From an uncultured virus (IMG/VR IMGVR_UViG_3300042898_006229) (lineage: Duplodnaviria; Heunggongvirae; Uroviricota; Caudoviricetes): DNA of 64,000 nt. Positions 8,539 to 19,667 of the stretch are shown piece after piece. Each line of letters starts with the position of its first letter. Position 1 is the first letter of the stretch. The DNA lies in IMG/VR virus record IMGVR_UViG_3300042898_006229. The stretch is one strand, 5' to 3'. Under the pieces are notes generated by a model, which made no database searches, was not told where the DNA came from, and saw only the letters and a list, made by a program, of their open reading frames with translations. The position numbers and the translations under genes were made by a program.

Positions 8539-9779
8539 AATAATGTAAATTCTGAAATCTTTGCATTACCAAGTCCTGAAAAATATGTTTCTTCAGTCAT
8601 TCTTGCTGCAAAGCTGTACTCTTGGATATAACCTCCGCCTGGAGACACAGTTATGACTGGTTGTTGCCAATCAACATTCTTCATTGAATAAAAATAATAA
8701 CTTCCAAAAAACATAGTTAAAGAAGACGCATTTGTATTTATAAAATTACTATTTGTAGGATTAAAAATTTTTATTGATCCAACAACTCTTCTGGTTCCTA
8801 ACGTTGCAAATCTAGGGCCAACAATATCACCAAATTCTTCTGTACGACTCAAGTAAGAAAATCCAGGATATGTAAATATGAAATTAACATCTTGCGTAAC
8901 TGATAAAGACATACCTACTATCTTATGAGTAGGCATTTTATTACTTGAGTACGCAGATCTTACGGTTCTCTTAAAATCTTCAAAAGCACTATCGCCTGAA
9001 TGATGAGTCAGGGAAAATAAACAGTCACTTAAATTGACAGGTCTGTATTTATCGCCAAAATTGTTAAAAGATTCTTGATTAAATATTTCAATAGATGGAT
9101 CTATAGTTGCTAAATTTATGATACTTCCATCAGTATAAGGCTTGAATGGAGGTATATTGTCTGGAGAAATTAAAACTCTTCCTCCAGTTATGCTGCAACT
9201 TATTTCAACATCTCCCAAATCATTTGTACCATCAACGCCTATATTAAATGAATTTATAAACGCTGGACCATATGATTTATGTGTAGGAATTGATGAACAA
9301 ACCATAATAGGTAATAAGGGCTCATAAGAAGCTCTATATATTACATTTTCTCCAGCATTATGAATATTTCTTCTAGTGACAGATAGTAATGGGCTAAATG
9401 TAAAATTTCCGCTATATACATATCCAGAGTATTTTGGATGATTTAGTAAAGATAATCCAGAAAAATTGGGCAAAGGCTCGTAAATATTTTGACCACCATT
9501 ATCACTAAAAGTACTACAGAAAAGTGGGAAATATTTCGATGTGCTAAATCTTTTTGTGTAATAATCCTTGTAAGGTGGGTTCTTTGTGATTCTATCTAAT
9601 TGTTTATAACCTAAAGCATACAAATCCCAAGAGTATGATTGAGTTGGGCTTGTTTTAGAAACTCGATAACCACCACGAAATTTTGTTTGCAATTCGTAAA
9701 AAGTATCAAGCTGGGTGATATAAATACTATGCCCTGATGATGGTATATTATTTATAACATTATTTAAAATTCTTGGCAT
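8535..9779 (-). CDS. Tail-tube-like protein (divergent paralogue)
   Basis: Beta-rich; 'FINSFNIGV...VEISCSITG' and 'MSLSVTQDV...LGTRRVVGSIKIF' parallel the tube motifs of 10172-11644. Confidence 0.45.
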   Translation of the reverse strand: MPRILNNVINNIPSSGHSIYITQLDTFYELQTKFRGGYRVSKTSPTQSYSWDLYALGYKQLDRITKNPPYKDYYTKRFSTSKYFPLFCSTFSDNGGQNIYEPLPNFSGLSLLNHPKYSGYVYSGNFTFSPLLSVTRRNIHNAGENVIYRASYEPLLPIMVCSSIPTHKSYGPAFINSFNIGVDGTNDLGDVEISCSITGGRVLISPDNIPPFKPYTDGSIINLATIDPSIEIFNQESFNNFGDKYRPVNLSDCLFSLTHHSGDSAFEDFKRTVRSAYSSNKMPTHKIVGMSLSVTQDVNFIFTYPGFSYLSRTEEFGDIVGPRFATLGTRRVVGSIKIFNPTNSNFINTNASSLTMFFGSYYFYSMKNVDWQQPVITVSPGGGYIQEYSFAARMTEETYFSGLGNAKISEFTLL

Positions 9780-10172
9780 TTATTTTCCGCTGGTCATTTC
9801 TAACCATTTTTTTGATAATGCTTTTACCAATTCATATCTCATATGTGAAACACTATGTATATCAGGGTAATAAACCTGAACTTCTTCTTCATCAATATCT
9901 TTAATTCTTATAGAAGAAAAGAAATTTGAGACAATTAATTTGCACAAAATTGAAGTTCTTAATAATGGATTACCTGTTACAGAATTGATAATTGTAGCTT
10001 CTTCTATAATATTAGACATATCTTCAAAATTTCTTCCTTTAACATCACAAGAAATTTCAGACTTTCCATTAGGGTCAATCTTAAAGCAAATTACATCTCC
10101 ATCATCATTTTTGATGATATTGCAATTAATTTTTAATTCAAATCTTTTTCCAGCATCTACAAAAATACTCAT
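9780..10172 (-). CDS. Hypothetical protein, possible tail chaperone
   Basis: About 130 aa. ATG overlaps the stop of the tube gene (TGATG); it sits between two tube-like genes. Confidence 0.4.
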   Translation of the reverse strand: MSIFVDAGKRFELKINCNIIKNDDGDVICFKIDPNGKSEISCDVKGRNFEDMSNIIEEATIINSVTGNPLLRTSILCKLIVSNFFSSIRIKDIDEEEVQVYYPDIHSVSHMRYELVKALSKKWLEMTSGK

Positions 10173-11644
10173 CAATAACTTCCTGTTGGTTTTAATACTG
10201 GGTCAAATGTATAATTTTGAGTTGCTACTGAAAAATTGACTTTATTCTTTTGATATTCAATTCTAGAATGTTCTTGAGAAACTGTTGACCAAACAACTTC
10301 AGGCAATTCTAATTTAATTGGACCCATATCAAAAGTTATACCATCATTATTTATGCTGCTCGGACCAGACAGAAATTCAACCATTGCCCAAGGTTTTACA
10401 GGACCAGTGTAAGTAATTGATCCCGAAATTTTACGCCCCTCGGAATAATATCCATAAGGCAAAGAATTCTTGAAGAAATTTTGTTTAGGATCGCTTCCCT
10501 TTGAATTCAATGTAAATATTGGTTTCAAATTATTCTCAATACTTATATCCATTTCAGTGACATAAATGCTATCTAATTTAGATTGTTGAAATCCTCTGAA
10601 TAATTTAGAATCAATCATTGTACCTAACCCAAATAATCCATATTCTGGAGCACTTTTATATACTCTAACATTGAATCCATTAAGTATGTAACTTGGTTTT
10701 TTCTTAAAATAGTTCTCTACTATCGAGGTAAAATTGTTGTACATTTGAACCTGATAAGTTCTGTCAACATTTAATACTTTTAAATCAATGTAAGCTGTAA
10801 TTTGTTCACCAGGCTTAAAATTTATTGCAAACTTTTCTACAAGACATCCACTTAATAACCCTTGTTTCAATGTAAATAAGGAAAATGATGCTTCTCTTCC
10901 AGTTGATTGAGGGTAGGATGAAATGAAAGAAGTATCCCTGTTAAAAGCAACATTTATTCCAGCTGCAACAGTAAGTAGTCTGTTTGCTTTATCTATTGCT
11001 GTGACTTCTACTAAATCATAATCTGTGTTTGTATCAGACTTTATTTTTGCATTAAAAGGCAAATCTAAACTCATGAATTCAGCAATATTATCTATGTAAA
11101 GTTGAGTTGTTCCAGCTGTAACAGTTGTAGCATTATCTGTTGTAAATCTGCCTATAAATGATGTTGGTGAACCTTTAAATGCTTCTATACAATAATCAAA
11201 AAAAGCGGCTAATGAAAAATCTAAATATCCCCAACTGTCTACTTTAAATGGGAACGTAAAACTTACATTGTATTCTTTTGGGCCTAATTGAAATGTATTA
11301 GGATTTGCTCCTTCACCAGCAAAACGTTGACCAGCATCTGATTCCTGTGCACCTTGTATATTAAAATTATCAATTGAAAAAAGATAATTAGTATTTATGT
11401 TATTAAAAGATAAATTAAAATCAGGGTCTTCAGAATATTCTCTTGATAAAGCAAAAATATCATAATAGCCTGTTTCAAAAGCTGGAGCATAAAGATGTGT
11501 GCTAAAATTATTATAAGCTTCTTTATATAAGTATTGAGATGGCGAAAATTCAGAGCTACCTATACTAGGAACTACTATTGTTTGATCTACACCAAAGGCT
11601 TGAATGTCTTTTTCAAAAGAGCTTGCACGATTACTTTTTCTCAT
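10172..11644 (-). CDS. Phage tail tube protein with an inserted beta domain
   Basis: 'SGCLVEKFAINFKPGEQITAYIDL' and 'MDISIENNLKPIFTL...EGRKISGSITY' fit the tail-tube consensus (GC.V..l.i; i.NNL...G.R.vSGS). Confidence 0.6.
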   Translation of the reverse strand: MRKSNRASSFEKDIQAFGVDQTIVVPSIGSSEFSPSQYLYKEAYNNFSTHLYAPAFETGYYDIFALSREYSEDPDFNLSFNNINTNYLFSIDNFNIQGAQESDAGQRFAGEGANPNTFQLGPKEYNVSFTFPFKVDSWGYLDFSLAAFFDYCIEAFKGSPTSFIGRFTTDNATTVTAGTTQLYIDNIAEFMSLDLPFNAKIKSDTNTDYDLVEVTAIDKANRLLTVAAGINVAFNRDTSFISSYPQSTGREASFSLFTLKQGLLSGCLVEKFAINFKPGEQITAYIDLKVLNVDRTYQVQMYNNFTSIVENYFKKKPSYILNGFNVRVYKSAPEYGLFGLGTMIDSKLFRGFQQSKLDSIYVTEMDISIENNLKPIFTLNSKGSDPKQNFFKNSLPYGYYSEGRKISGSITYTGPVKPWAMVEFLSGPSSINNDGITFDMGPIKLELPEVVWSTVSQEHSRIEYQKNKVNFSVATQNYTFDPVLKPTGSY

Positions 11645-11652
11645 ATAAAAAC

Positions 11653-14106
11653 CTACGGTGTAGTTTCAACAGTGATAAGATCGTAAATATCCCATAAAAT
11701 TGGGCCATTATTTATTCTTGTTAGGTTAGTTCCAGGTGTAACAGATACATCTAAAACCCTATCAAATACTTGTAATTCATTGCCTAGAGAGAATCTTTGA
11801 TTTCTACTTGAACCTTTAGGCACAGTTGCTGTCAGTGTGGTAGGCTCACCATTCTCACCATTTTGTGCAATAACAGTCACAACTAAATCATTCTTAATTG
11901 TTTGATCATTGGTAGTTGCTATACCAGTAGTAGATCCATTGAAAATGATATTTGATGTAGATAAATCGTCTACATATGGAACATAAACTGAAAGTTGTCT
12001 CGGTTGTAATGAAATTCTATTAGTAAGTTTAACGCCTCTTTTTAAAATTTCCCCTGAAATGTTTCCATCATCAAGATAGCCTCTAAATTTGTAATAAGCT
12101 GTTCCACCTGTGCCTGTCCATGAAGCTCCACTATTGATTGATGTAAGCGCTTGACCAGAACTTCCAGAGATAATTCTTGTATACAGACTTGTTGCTCCTA
12201 ACCCAGTGTTAAAATCTGATGGCTTGTTGATAACTAGCCAATAGCTTGAACTGGCAACTAGATTTGCTCCTGTATTGAATTTGACTGTATATTCATTTGT
12301 GCCTTGAATAATATCAGAATATCTTAAGTTTGCTTCGCTTGTAATCATACCATTCGGAGTTGGTGTAGATCCTGTTGCAGAGTAAATTGATATTGATAAA
12401 CTAGAAGTTCCACTTCCTGTAAGCTGTCCACCTGCACTGAAAATAAATTTCAAGCTCACTCCACCAACAAAACAATTTTCTAATGGCGTGATTTTAAAAG
12501 CTGTAAGTCCATTACTTAATGATAAATTTGTATTATCATCTACTGAAACTATAGTATTGTAAGGTGGATATTGTATTTCATTTACATTTGTTAATTTTCT
12601 TTCCACCATATCATTACTTAACTGTGGTTTTTTATAAATATGATAGAATAAAGAATTAGTTATCCCTGCTCCAGTCCAATTAAGTTCAGCTAGATAATTA
12701 CTACTAGTGTAGTTTGATGAAATTATATTTCCATAAACTGGTATGCTTTCAACATACTCGTCAGTAGAAATATTATAGACTATTGTAGTGCCGTAAATTT
12801 GTGTTCCAGAAAACAATGATGAAACATAATTTGAACAAGGTATAGCACTTACAGTAAAACCTGTGGCTGCTGCACTATTATTACTTCCAACCGCAGCATT
12901 GTATGTAATCAAGTCTCCACGAAAAATTGCAAAAGTATGTTGAGTATCAGTTCCTAATGTTTCGAAAAATGATTTTGAAAAATTATAAGGAAACTCAAAT
13001 CTCTCTAAACCACTGAAAGATAGTCCTTTTGAATAAAATTCAGTCTTTCTGAAAGGTTGTGTTGATAATATTTCCCTTTGTGAAATCCCACTTGCATCAG
13101 CTAAAGTTTCCAAATATCTGTAAACTGATGTTACGGTATTTTTAATATATTCATTGTTTTTATAATTTGTTAGCGTATTATTTGTATCTAAACAATTTTG
13201 AACAATAAAGCTAGAGTCAGTAGAATCGCCAAATATTTTGTAAGTTGATATATCTGTTGGCATATCAATTACAGTTCTTGAAAGACCAGTTCCTGAATTT
13301 ACAACTACAGGATTCTCTGGATTTTTGACCATTACTTTTCCAATAGGAATCCAACTTTGTGGTAATGGCGGAAAATATTGAAAGTCTGAGACATTTTCGC
13401 TTAATTCATAAACAGGAAAACCAGTAATATATTTTACTCTTGGCTGAAAAAGAAAATTGACAGGATTATCCAAATAGTAAGTAGCAGGTAATGTACCAAA
13501 ACTTGAACCGTTATAATATGAAGGATCAACAACTAGACCTTCCCCATCAGATGAAACTCCAGAGAATGTAATCAAATAGTTTCCAACAAATGCTTGAATT
13601 GGAAAACCTAAATTTACTGCAATATTTACATCTTTGACATATAAAATATTTGTACCTGACAAGCAAGTTGTGCTTACTGTAGTTGCCCATGATTGCGAAG
13701 CTTTTTTTGCTTCTGATATAGGCATACCTAAAGTGATGCCATATTTATAGCTAGTTGAACCTAAGCCTGATAATGAATAATTTTTAGACCATTCTTTCTT
13801 GATAGGAATTTTTTGTGGCTGTAATTGAAAAACGGATCCATTATAAGCAAGCTGACCACTTCTAACTGTAACATAATATGGATCAAAAGCTATGTCATAA
13901 GTTACGTCAAACCCCAAAGGTGCTGTTTCTAAAACACCAAAATAAGGAAATCCAGTGTTAGCCATTGATAACAAATTATTTATTTCAAATATGGATGATC
14001 CTGGCGTGTCATTATCACCGATGCCATAATAAAGTGCATCGTAAATATTTCCTATAGTTTTTGTAAGTTCAAGTAATATTTCTTCAACTTTAGATGAAAT
14101 TGCCAT
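11653..14106 (-). CDS. Virion structural/tail protein with an AFK...YW beta-sandwich (choice-of-anchor-R-like)
   Basis: 'VTVRSGQLAYNG', 'WIPIGKV' as in tail proteins; 'AFKITP...NLVASSSYWLVI'; S/T/G-rich. Confidence 0.5.
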   Translation of the reverse strand: MAISSKVEEILLELTKTIGNIYDALYYGIGDNDTPGSSIFEINNLLSMANTGFPYFGVLETAPLGFDVTYDIAFDPYYVTVRSGQLAYNGSVFQLQPQKIPIKKEWSKNYSLSGLGSTSYKYGITLGMPISEAKKASQSWATTVSTTCLSGTNILYVKDVNIAVNLGFPIQAFVGNYLITFSGVSSDGEGLVVDPSYYNGSSFGTLPATYYLDNPVNFLFQPRVKYITGFPVYELSENVSDFQYFPPLPQSWIPIGKVMVKNPENPVVVNSGTGLSRTVIDMPTDISTYKIFGDSTDSSFIVQNCLDTNNTLTNYKNNEYIKNTVTSVYRYLETLADASGISQREILSTQPFRKTEFYSKGLSFSGLERFEFPYNFSKSFFETLGTDTQHTFAIFRGDLITYNAAVGSNNSAAATGFTVSAIPCSNYVSSLFSGTQIYGTTIVYNISTDEYVESIPVYGNIISSNYTSSNYLAELNWTGAGITNSLFYHIYKKPQLSNDMVERKLTNVNEIQYPPYNTIVSVDDNTNLSLSNGLTAFKITPLENCFVGGVSLKFIFSAGGQLTGSGTSSLSISIYSATGSTPTPNGMITSEANLRYSDIIQGTNEYTVKFNTGANLVASSSYWLVINKPSDFNTGLGATSLYTRIISGSSGQALTSINSGASWTGTGGTAYYKFRGYLDDGNISGEILKRGVKLTNRISLQPRQLSVYVPYVDDLSTSNIIFNGSTTGIATTNDQTIKNDLVVTVIAQNGENGEPTTLTATVPKGSSRNQRFSLGNELQVFDRVLDVSVTPGTNLTRINNGPILWDIYDLITVETTP

Positions 14107-14107
14107 T

Positions 14108-14962
14108 TTATATATTTATACTCAACTCTGATGAAAGGTAGGATAACAACCTAGAAGGTAATGGTTGTGGATTAGATCTCCAATATGAAGCAAAATCTGG
14201 TGACCAATCAGAACTTGCTACCCAACTAGTTATAATTTCAAATGTTAAACTTTTTTGTGTATTATATTGTTCTGAAATTGAAACATAATTTCTTATAATA
14301 GAAGATATAACAATTTTACTCAAATTCTCTTCAGAGTATCCAAAGTATCCACGAGGTTGCCTATTGTCTAAAATTTTAAAAAACACTCGTGAATTTTTTA
14401 TTGTTTGATCATAATAATTTACGTCTGCAATAAATTTATATAATTCTATTTCATAGTCTTTTGTCGTTGTAAAAGAAAGTTCTGTTGAATTTGCTATAAT
14501 TTCTTCGGCAGTTTTGATGTCTATATCTTTACTAACAATCAAAGGATATCCAGATGGATCACCTGTTGGTCTAGCAATAGAAAAAATTAATTCTTGACCG
14601 TCAACAGCATCAGAAGTAAGAAATACTTTTCCAAAAACATATCCATCTGACATGGTATCCAAGTTACCTAGAACTTCACTAATTGTATATCCAATCTCAT
14701 TATTAGTAGGAAATTCTACATTACTAGTCGATAAAACTGTTTTCACAAGGCCTTTACCAAAACATAAAATATCTAATACATTATTATAATTTTGTGTTTT
14801 TATATTTGATAGCCCATACAATAATTGCAAATTTCTTTCTGTACTGTTGTAGTTTAATGCATACTCTTGCATAGACAAGGCATAGTCTACTGTCTTTTGA
14901 GTCTTATCTAATGCAGTTACCAAGTTATTCATAGATACTGCTGATGCATAATTCATTGCCAT
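14108..14962 (-). CDS. Hypothetical protein, probably structural
   Basis: 284-aa ORF coupled (TAATG) within the tail operon. Confidence 0.5.
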   Translation of the reverse strand: MAMNYASAVSMNNLVTALDKTQKTVDYALSMQEYALNYNSTERNLQLLYGLSNIKTQNYNNVLDILCFGKGLVKTVLSTSNVEFPTNNEIGYTISEVLGNLDTMSDGYVFGKVFLTSDAVDGQELIFSIARPTGDPSGYPLIVSKDIDIKTAEEIIANSTELSFTTTKDYEIELYKFIADVNYYDQTIKNSRVFFKILDNRQPRGYFGYSEENLSKIVISSIIRNYVSISEQYNTQKSLTFEIITSWVASSDWSPDFASYWRSNPQPLPSRLLSYLSSELSINI

Positions 14963-17900
14963 TATTTGTTCCTGATTACAATTTTATCTGTTATTGGAAA
15001 ACCCAAATATTCATCATTTATGTCATCAAAACTTTTGCCTATTGAAAGAAAAGTTATATTTTGTATTTTATTTGTATCTATATTTACTGGTTCTGAACTA
15101 TTATCTAGATAAAAAGAATCATCTAACTGACTCCAAATAGATGTGCCTGTTTTTCTCCATTCAAGTTTAATTTGATGATTATTTTGGTAATTATTGAAAT
15201 GTAATTCAAGTTTTATTGGTTGCGAACTTCCAGTTGCAACATAAGAGCTGGTAAAAGAACTCAAAGAAGTATTTTTCCAATTACTTATGTAAGGTTTTTC
15301 TTCATTATTAATAAAGAAATTTATTCCACCATTTGTTATAATTCTAAAATCAAAAGTTGCTCCTATTGATGATAAGGTAATAAATTCTCCTTGAATTATG
15401 CCGTTGAAATAATTTGTTTGGCCTAATCCTGAGAAATTTCTGACATCAATATTGTGATTTGCAGAAGTTAAATCACTTGCACTATCTGTTGTTAATTCTA
15501 GATAGTTCCACGATGATTTTTTGTATCGTTGAGTGATCCAAGTAGGTGATTTGTCCAACTTAATATATTTTGTTTGTAAATTATTGTTTACGTTATATTT
15601 GACATATAAATGTATATCATTGGCTCTTTTTATCAATCTATTTAAGTTATCACCCACATACACAGTACTAGCTGAACCACTCAAATTGCTCGATAAGGAT
15701 ATTAAGTGTTGATTTGTATTCGAATTAAAATATACATCAGTAATTGCAGTACCAGAGGATATTTGACCTCCAGTAATTCCTAAACCTACCATTATCATAG
15801 GATCAAAATTTTCATCATTTACATATAGCACATTAGAACTTGTGTTTCCAGTTGCTGCTATTCCTACAACTCTAGTAACTAAAGATCTAGGATAAATTGA
15901 CAATACTGATGGGGTAAAAACATTTTTACTATTAAAAGCCCAGTATTCGTCAAGCAAATAATCTGTATTATTTGATCTTGAATCATTAGGCGCAGGAAGA
16001 ATTAAATTGCTATTTTGAAAATTTCTATTAAAAGCACCATAAATTTCCTCGTCATTACCAAAGAAAACTACATAGGGTGTTCCAGCTAAATTAGTCCAAC
16101 TGTATCCATCATAAATTGCAGAATTGTTTATAGTAGGAGTTGAAGTTTCTGTAATTTGTAATCGTAAATCGTATTTGATTATATACTCTTGATTTGACAA
16201 ACTTCCAGCTGACGTACTTACTGTAAGAGAATTTGTTGATCCTATAGAGCTAATTTCAAACCAGGAAGATATATTAGATACTACACTTGATCCAAATCCT
16301 ATAGAAGCAAATTTTTGATATATTGAAAAATCTGCATATGTGTTATTTAATGGATTAAAAATACCAGTGACAGTTGTTCCATTGACTTCTACAAGACCTT
16401 TAGTTTTACTATCATAAGACGGAGGATTTGTGTTTGATTCAAATACAAACCAATAAGTTCTGTCTTTAGTAAGGGAGTAATTTACATAAAAATATATTTC
16501 TTCAAATATATTTTTAATTGACGAGTAAAATATTTTTGAACCAGTTATTAATTTTTTATTTGGCAGGTTGTTATAATTATCCCAAATAGAGCATTGGATG
16601 TTTGCTTCTTCATTGAGAAATAATGATAAATTAGATATTCTTATTTTGAATGATTTGATATCTGTATAGTCATTTGGTGTCACCTTGAAAGCAAATTTAT
16701 TATAATTTACACTCAAATAATTACCAATTTGTTTTTGATTTAAACTTAATGAATCAGATATCTCAAGTTGTTGTTTATAAACATTTTCAAGATTATTTAT
16801 GCTTGCATCACTTGTTGAGTAACCTGCGATAGAAATAACAAAAGAATCTGACCTTAAATCTTTTATGTTTGTAGCTGTTTGTATTTTATAACTTTGGGGG
16901 CCACCAGTAATTTCTTCAAAGTTAGAAATCCAGTATTTATTAGAATCCAACATATAATTGGAAATTGTCATGCCAATTTCTTTGATAGTTGAAAATTGGT
17001 TTGAAAATTTATTAGAATCAGGATTGTAAAACGACTTTGTAAGTTCATAATCACTTACAGCTAAATTTATGTCTTCTTGTGATATATTGGGATTGATTGA
17101 TCTTAAGTTGGAAACAAAATCATCTTTAGTTGATTTATTTACGTCAACAGGTTCAACAACTTTACTCAATATTGTTCGACTTTCACCCATTTGCAAGTCT
17201 GGTATTATTGCTGCATTACCATATAAACGATATTCTTCTATAGAATTAAATGTGCCAACAGCATTAGATGATTGTTCTGCTGTTGTACCTTGCTTGTAAT
17301 ATCCAGAAACAGACACATTGTTACTTATTCTTTTATTGTATTCATCATCTGAGATATAAAATTGAGATGCATTTAATTTTATTTGTTTGATATATTCGTT
17401 CCAATTTGAGTCTTGAAATTTAATTAAAAATGAATAATCTTTGCATAATTTTGATCCAGTGTTTTCTTGATCTAATAGATCTGGAACATTAGATAATTCT
17501 TGATAAAATTCAAATTCTGTATTATTTTCAAAATTTACATCATTGAGAGACATTCCATTTTCATCATATCTAAAAAATACAGTTGTTGGAGGTAAAGGCA
17601 TCCATGAACTTAATGCGTTAGATCCTGCAACAGAAACACTAATATTTTTTGGTTCTATTTCTAATGAACTGTTTTTGATTCCAAAAGTTTTATTTTGAAT
17701 ACTACTTTTATAATTTTCATCTAAAATTAAATAAAAATTAGTAACTATAGACAAAACTTTACCGTATAGAATAGATCCATCTACATTATATAGATAATCA
17801 TTTTCTGTAACTTCACTTAAAAATTTAGTGTTAGTACCAATAACTATATTACTTCCTCCAGAAATCGATATGGTGCCTGAACCATTATATATTTGATAAT

Positions 17901-19665
17901 TTGATTGAAGGTTTGGTAATATAGGATACTTTAATAAGTTGTGAACAAGTTTTGTTTTCTTTGCGCTTGTATTTGCAAAATCCGAATAATTTGACAAACT
18001 GTTATATTTATATCCAGAAAAAGGTACAACTAACTTAACTGAAAGATTATCAAATATTGAATTATATTCTGTAGATCTTGTGTAATTTGTAAAAGTCAAT
18101 ACATCTTGCAGCAGATCACCCAATAAATCACTGTCTCCAATTGAATTTACAGCAAAATTATCAGCTACACGATTGATAAAAATAATTGAAGCATTATTTA
18201 AGTTATATGATGTATTAGTTTTAGTTTTGATAGTTCCTGAAGTTTTGAACGATGGATATGAAAGTATTATTTTTGCAATGATGTCATATTCATCATCGAC
18301 TTCTGGATAATTTCGAAAATCATACCAATCTGTAGGAGCAGACTCTTGAGGCATTGCTTTTCCAAAAAATAAATAGAAATCAATGTCTCCATTTTCATAT
18401 TGGTTACCAGATATTACATTTTTGGAAGCAATAACCAATGAAACATATTCAAATGAATTTAAAGAAACATAATTTGCTAGTGAATTTGTATCTCCATATG
18501 CACTAAATGTTTCTGGAAATAAATAACGAAATGGCTCTGCAGTTGTAATATAATCTCCATCAAAATATTTTTGGTTAGTTTTGTTTTTTGAAAACAAGTA
18601 AATATTAGAGTCATTTACACCTGTTTTATCAAATGCGATGTAATTCTGAATCTCTTTTTGTAAATATGTTTTTCTTGGATAAATATTCCAAGTAGAATTC
18701 AAATTACTTGAGTTAAAAGTTATAGCAGTTCCAGATGTGTACGTTGGATAGGAAGTTAAAAAATTTGTATCATGTGTGTCCCAATAAAAAGCCAGATGAT
18801 ACCAATAATCTGCTGTCCAAGTTGCTGGTGTTTTTATTTTAAATAAATAATAATCTTTAATTCTGTCCGTTGTTGATCCAGTAGAGGAAACTTCGGAAAG
18901 ATTGTAAGCAAGATAGGTTAATGCTAATCCCGCCATATTTCCACCCAAAGAAAAGGTTGATCCTATACCTTGAGTCTTAAGATAAACGTGAGAAGCAATA
19001 CCTAAATCTCTTGGAGTGTTAGTGAAAGGATTTAAAAATTGTGAACCTTCAAAATAAGATTTTGGAATTATAATATGAGCTTCATTGTTTGAAACTGTAC
19101 CTGTGTTTTTGACAGATATCCATCTTGAAGAATTGAATAAGTTTACTCTTCTATATAAACTGCCATCCCATCTGACAGGATAATCATAGTTTGTTCTTTC
19201 CGATCCATCACTAGGTTCAGAATTAATATTGTAAATTATGTAAGAAGTATTAGCATTACCAGCTGCGTTATAAGGTGGAACAAAATATTGCCATGCATTA
19301 TAATCCCAAACATTCCACCCTTCTGTTGCTGGAGGATTGTAATATTGAGGTGTCCAACCACCTGTATTAGCAAAACTAGCAATTTTTTGATCAACTTTAT
19401 ATTTGCCACCTTGAAATCCAAAAGATATGTTATCGTCTGAATCAAAAGTTTGATAAGGCTTTGTTGTTAATCCTAAAGGGGTTTTGCCAGCAAGATCGTA
19501 ATCATGAAAGATAGTTGATCCTCTGAATTTAACCGCAATTCTCTCATAATCTAAAAAATATCCTCTTTTTAAATTCAAATCTCCAACTAAATCCTTAAAA
19601 GCATATTTAGCTTTTCCGATTTGGTTGATTATAAATTCAAGGCCTTTTTTAGATACGAGACTCAT
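14962..19665 (-). CDS. Large tail/fibre protein with a C-terminal PA14-like domain
   Basis: 'GTISISGGSNIVIGTNTKFLSEV' fibre motif, AFKVTP...TYWFVF domain, C-terminal 'FDFRIITNGGINFFINN...IKLELHF...IKLEWRKTG' PA14 pattern. Confidence 0.6.
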   Translation of the reverse strand: MSLVSKKGLEFIINQIGKAKYAFKDLVGDLNLKRGYFLDYERIAVKFRGSTIFHDYDLAGKTPLGLTTKPYQTFDSDDNISFGFQGGKYKVDQKIASFANTGGWTPQYYNPPATEGWNVWDYNAWQYFVPPYNAAGNANTSYIIYNINSEPSDGSERTNYDYPVRWDGSLYRRVNLFNSSRWISVKNTGTVSNNEAHIIIPKSYFEGSQFLNPFTNTPRDLGIASHVYLKTQGIGSTFSLGGNMAGLALTYLAYNLSEVSSTGSTTDRIKDYYLFKIKTPATWTADYWYHLAFYWDTHDTNFLTSYPTYTSGTAITFNSSNLNSTWNIYPRKTYLQKEIQNYIAFDKTGVNDSNIYLFSKNKTNQKYFDGDYITTAEPFRYLFPETFSAYGDTNSLANYVSLNSFEYVSLVIASKNVISGNQYENGDIDFYLFFGKAMPQESAPTDWYDFRNYPEVDDEYDIIAKIILSYPSFKTSGTIKTKTNTSYNLNNASIIFINRVADNFAVNSIGDSDLLGDLLQDVLTFTNYTRSTEYNSIFDNLSVKLVVPFSGYKYNSLSNYSDFANTSAKKTKLVHNLLKYPILPNLQSNYQIYNGSGTISISGGSNIVIGTNTKFLSEVTENDYLYNVDGSILYGKVLSIVTNFYLILDENYKSSIQNKTFGIKNSSLEIEPKNISVSVAGSNALSSWMPLPPTTVFFRYDENGMSLNDVNFENNTEFEFYQELSNVPDLLDQENTGSKLCKDYSFLIKFQDSNWNEYIKQIKLNASQFYISDDEYNKRISNNVSVSGYYKQGTTAEQSSNAVGTFNSIEEYRLYGNAAIIPDLQMGESRTILSKVVEPVDVNKSTKDDFVSNLRSINPNISQEDINLAVSDYELTKSFYNPDSNKFSNQFSTIKEIGMTISNYMLDSNKYWISNFEEITGGPQSYKIQTATNIKDLRSDSFVISIAGYSTSDASINNLENVYKQQLEISDSLSLNQKQIGNYLSVNYNKFAFKVTPNDYTDIKSFKIRISNLSLFLNEEANIQCSIWDNYNNLPNKKLITGSKIFYSSIKNIFEEIYFYVNYSLTKDRTYWFVFESNTNPPSYDSKTKGLVEVNGTTVTGIFNPLNNTYADFSIYQKFASIGFGSSVVSNISSWFEISSIGSTNSLTVSTSAGSLSNQEYIIKYDLRLQITETSTPTINNSAIYDGYSWTNLAGTPYVVFFGNDEEIYGAFNRNFQNSNLILPAPNDSRSNNTDYLLDEYWAFNSKNVFTPSVLSIYPRSLVTRVVGIAATGNTSSNVLYVNDENFDPMIMVGLGITGGQISSGTAITDVYFNSNTNQHLISLSSNLSGSASTVYVGDNLNRLIKRANDIHLYVKYNVNNNLQTKYIKLDKSPTWITQRYKKSSWNYLELTTDSASDLTSANHNIDVRNFSGLGQTNYFNGIIQGEFITLSSIGATFDFRIITNGGINFFINNEEKPYISNWKNTSLSSFTSSYVATGSSQPIKLELHFNNYQNNHQIKLEWRKTGTSIWSQLDDSFYLDNSSEPVNIDTNKIQNITFLSIGKSFDDINDEYLGFPITDKIVIRNK

Positions 19666-19667
19666 TG

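Noticed and set aside
7951..10172. Programmed -1 frameshift producing a G/GT tail-chaperone pair
   Set aside because: No overlapping start-less downstream frame was identified; the neighbouring ORFs have their own coupled ATGs.
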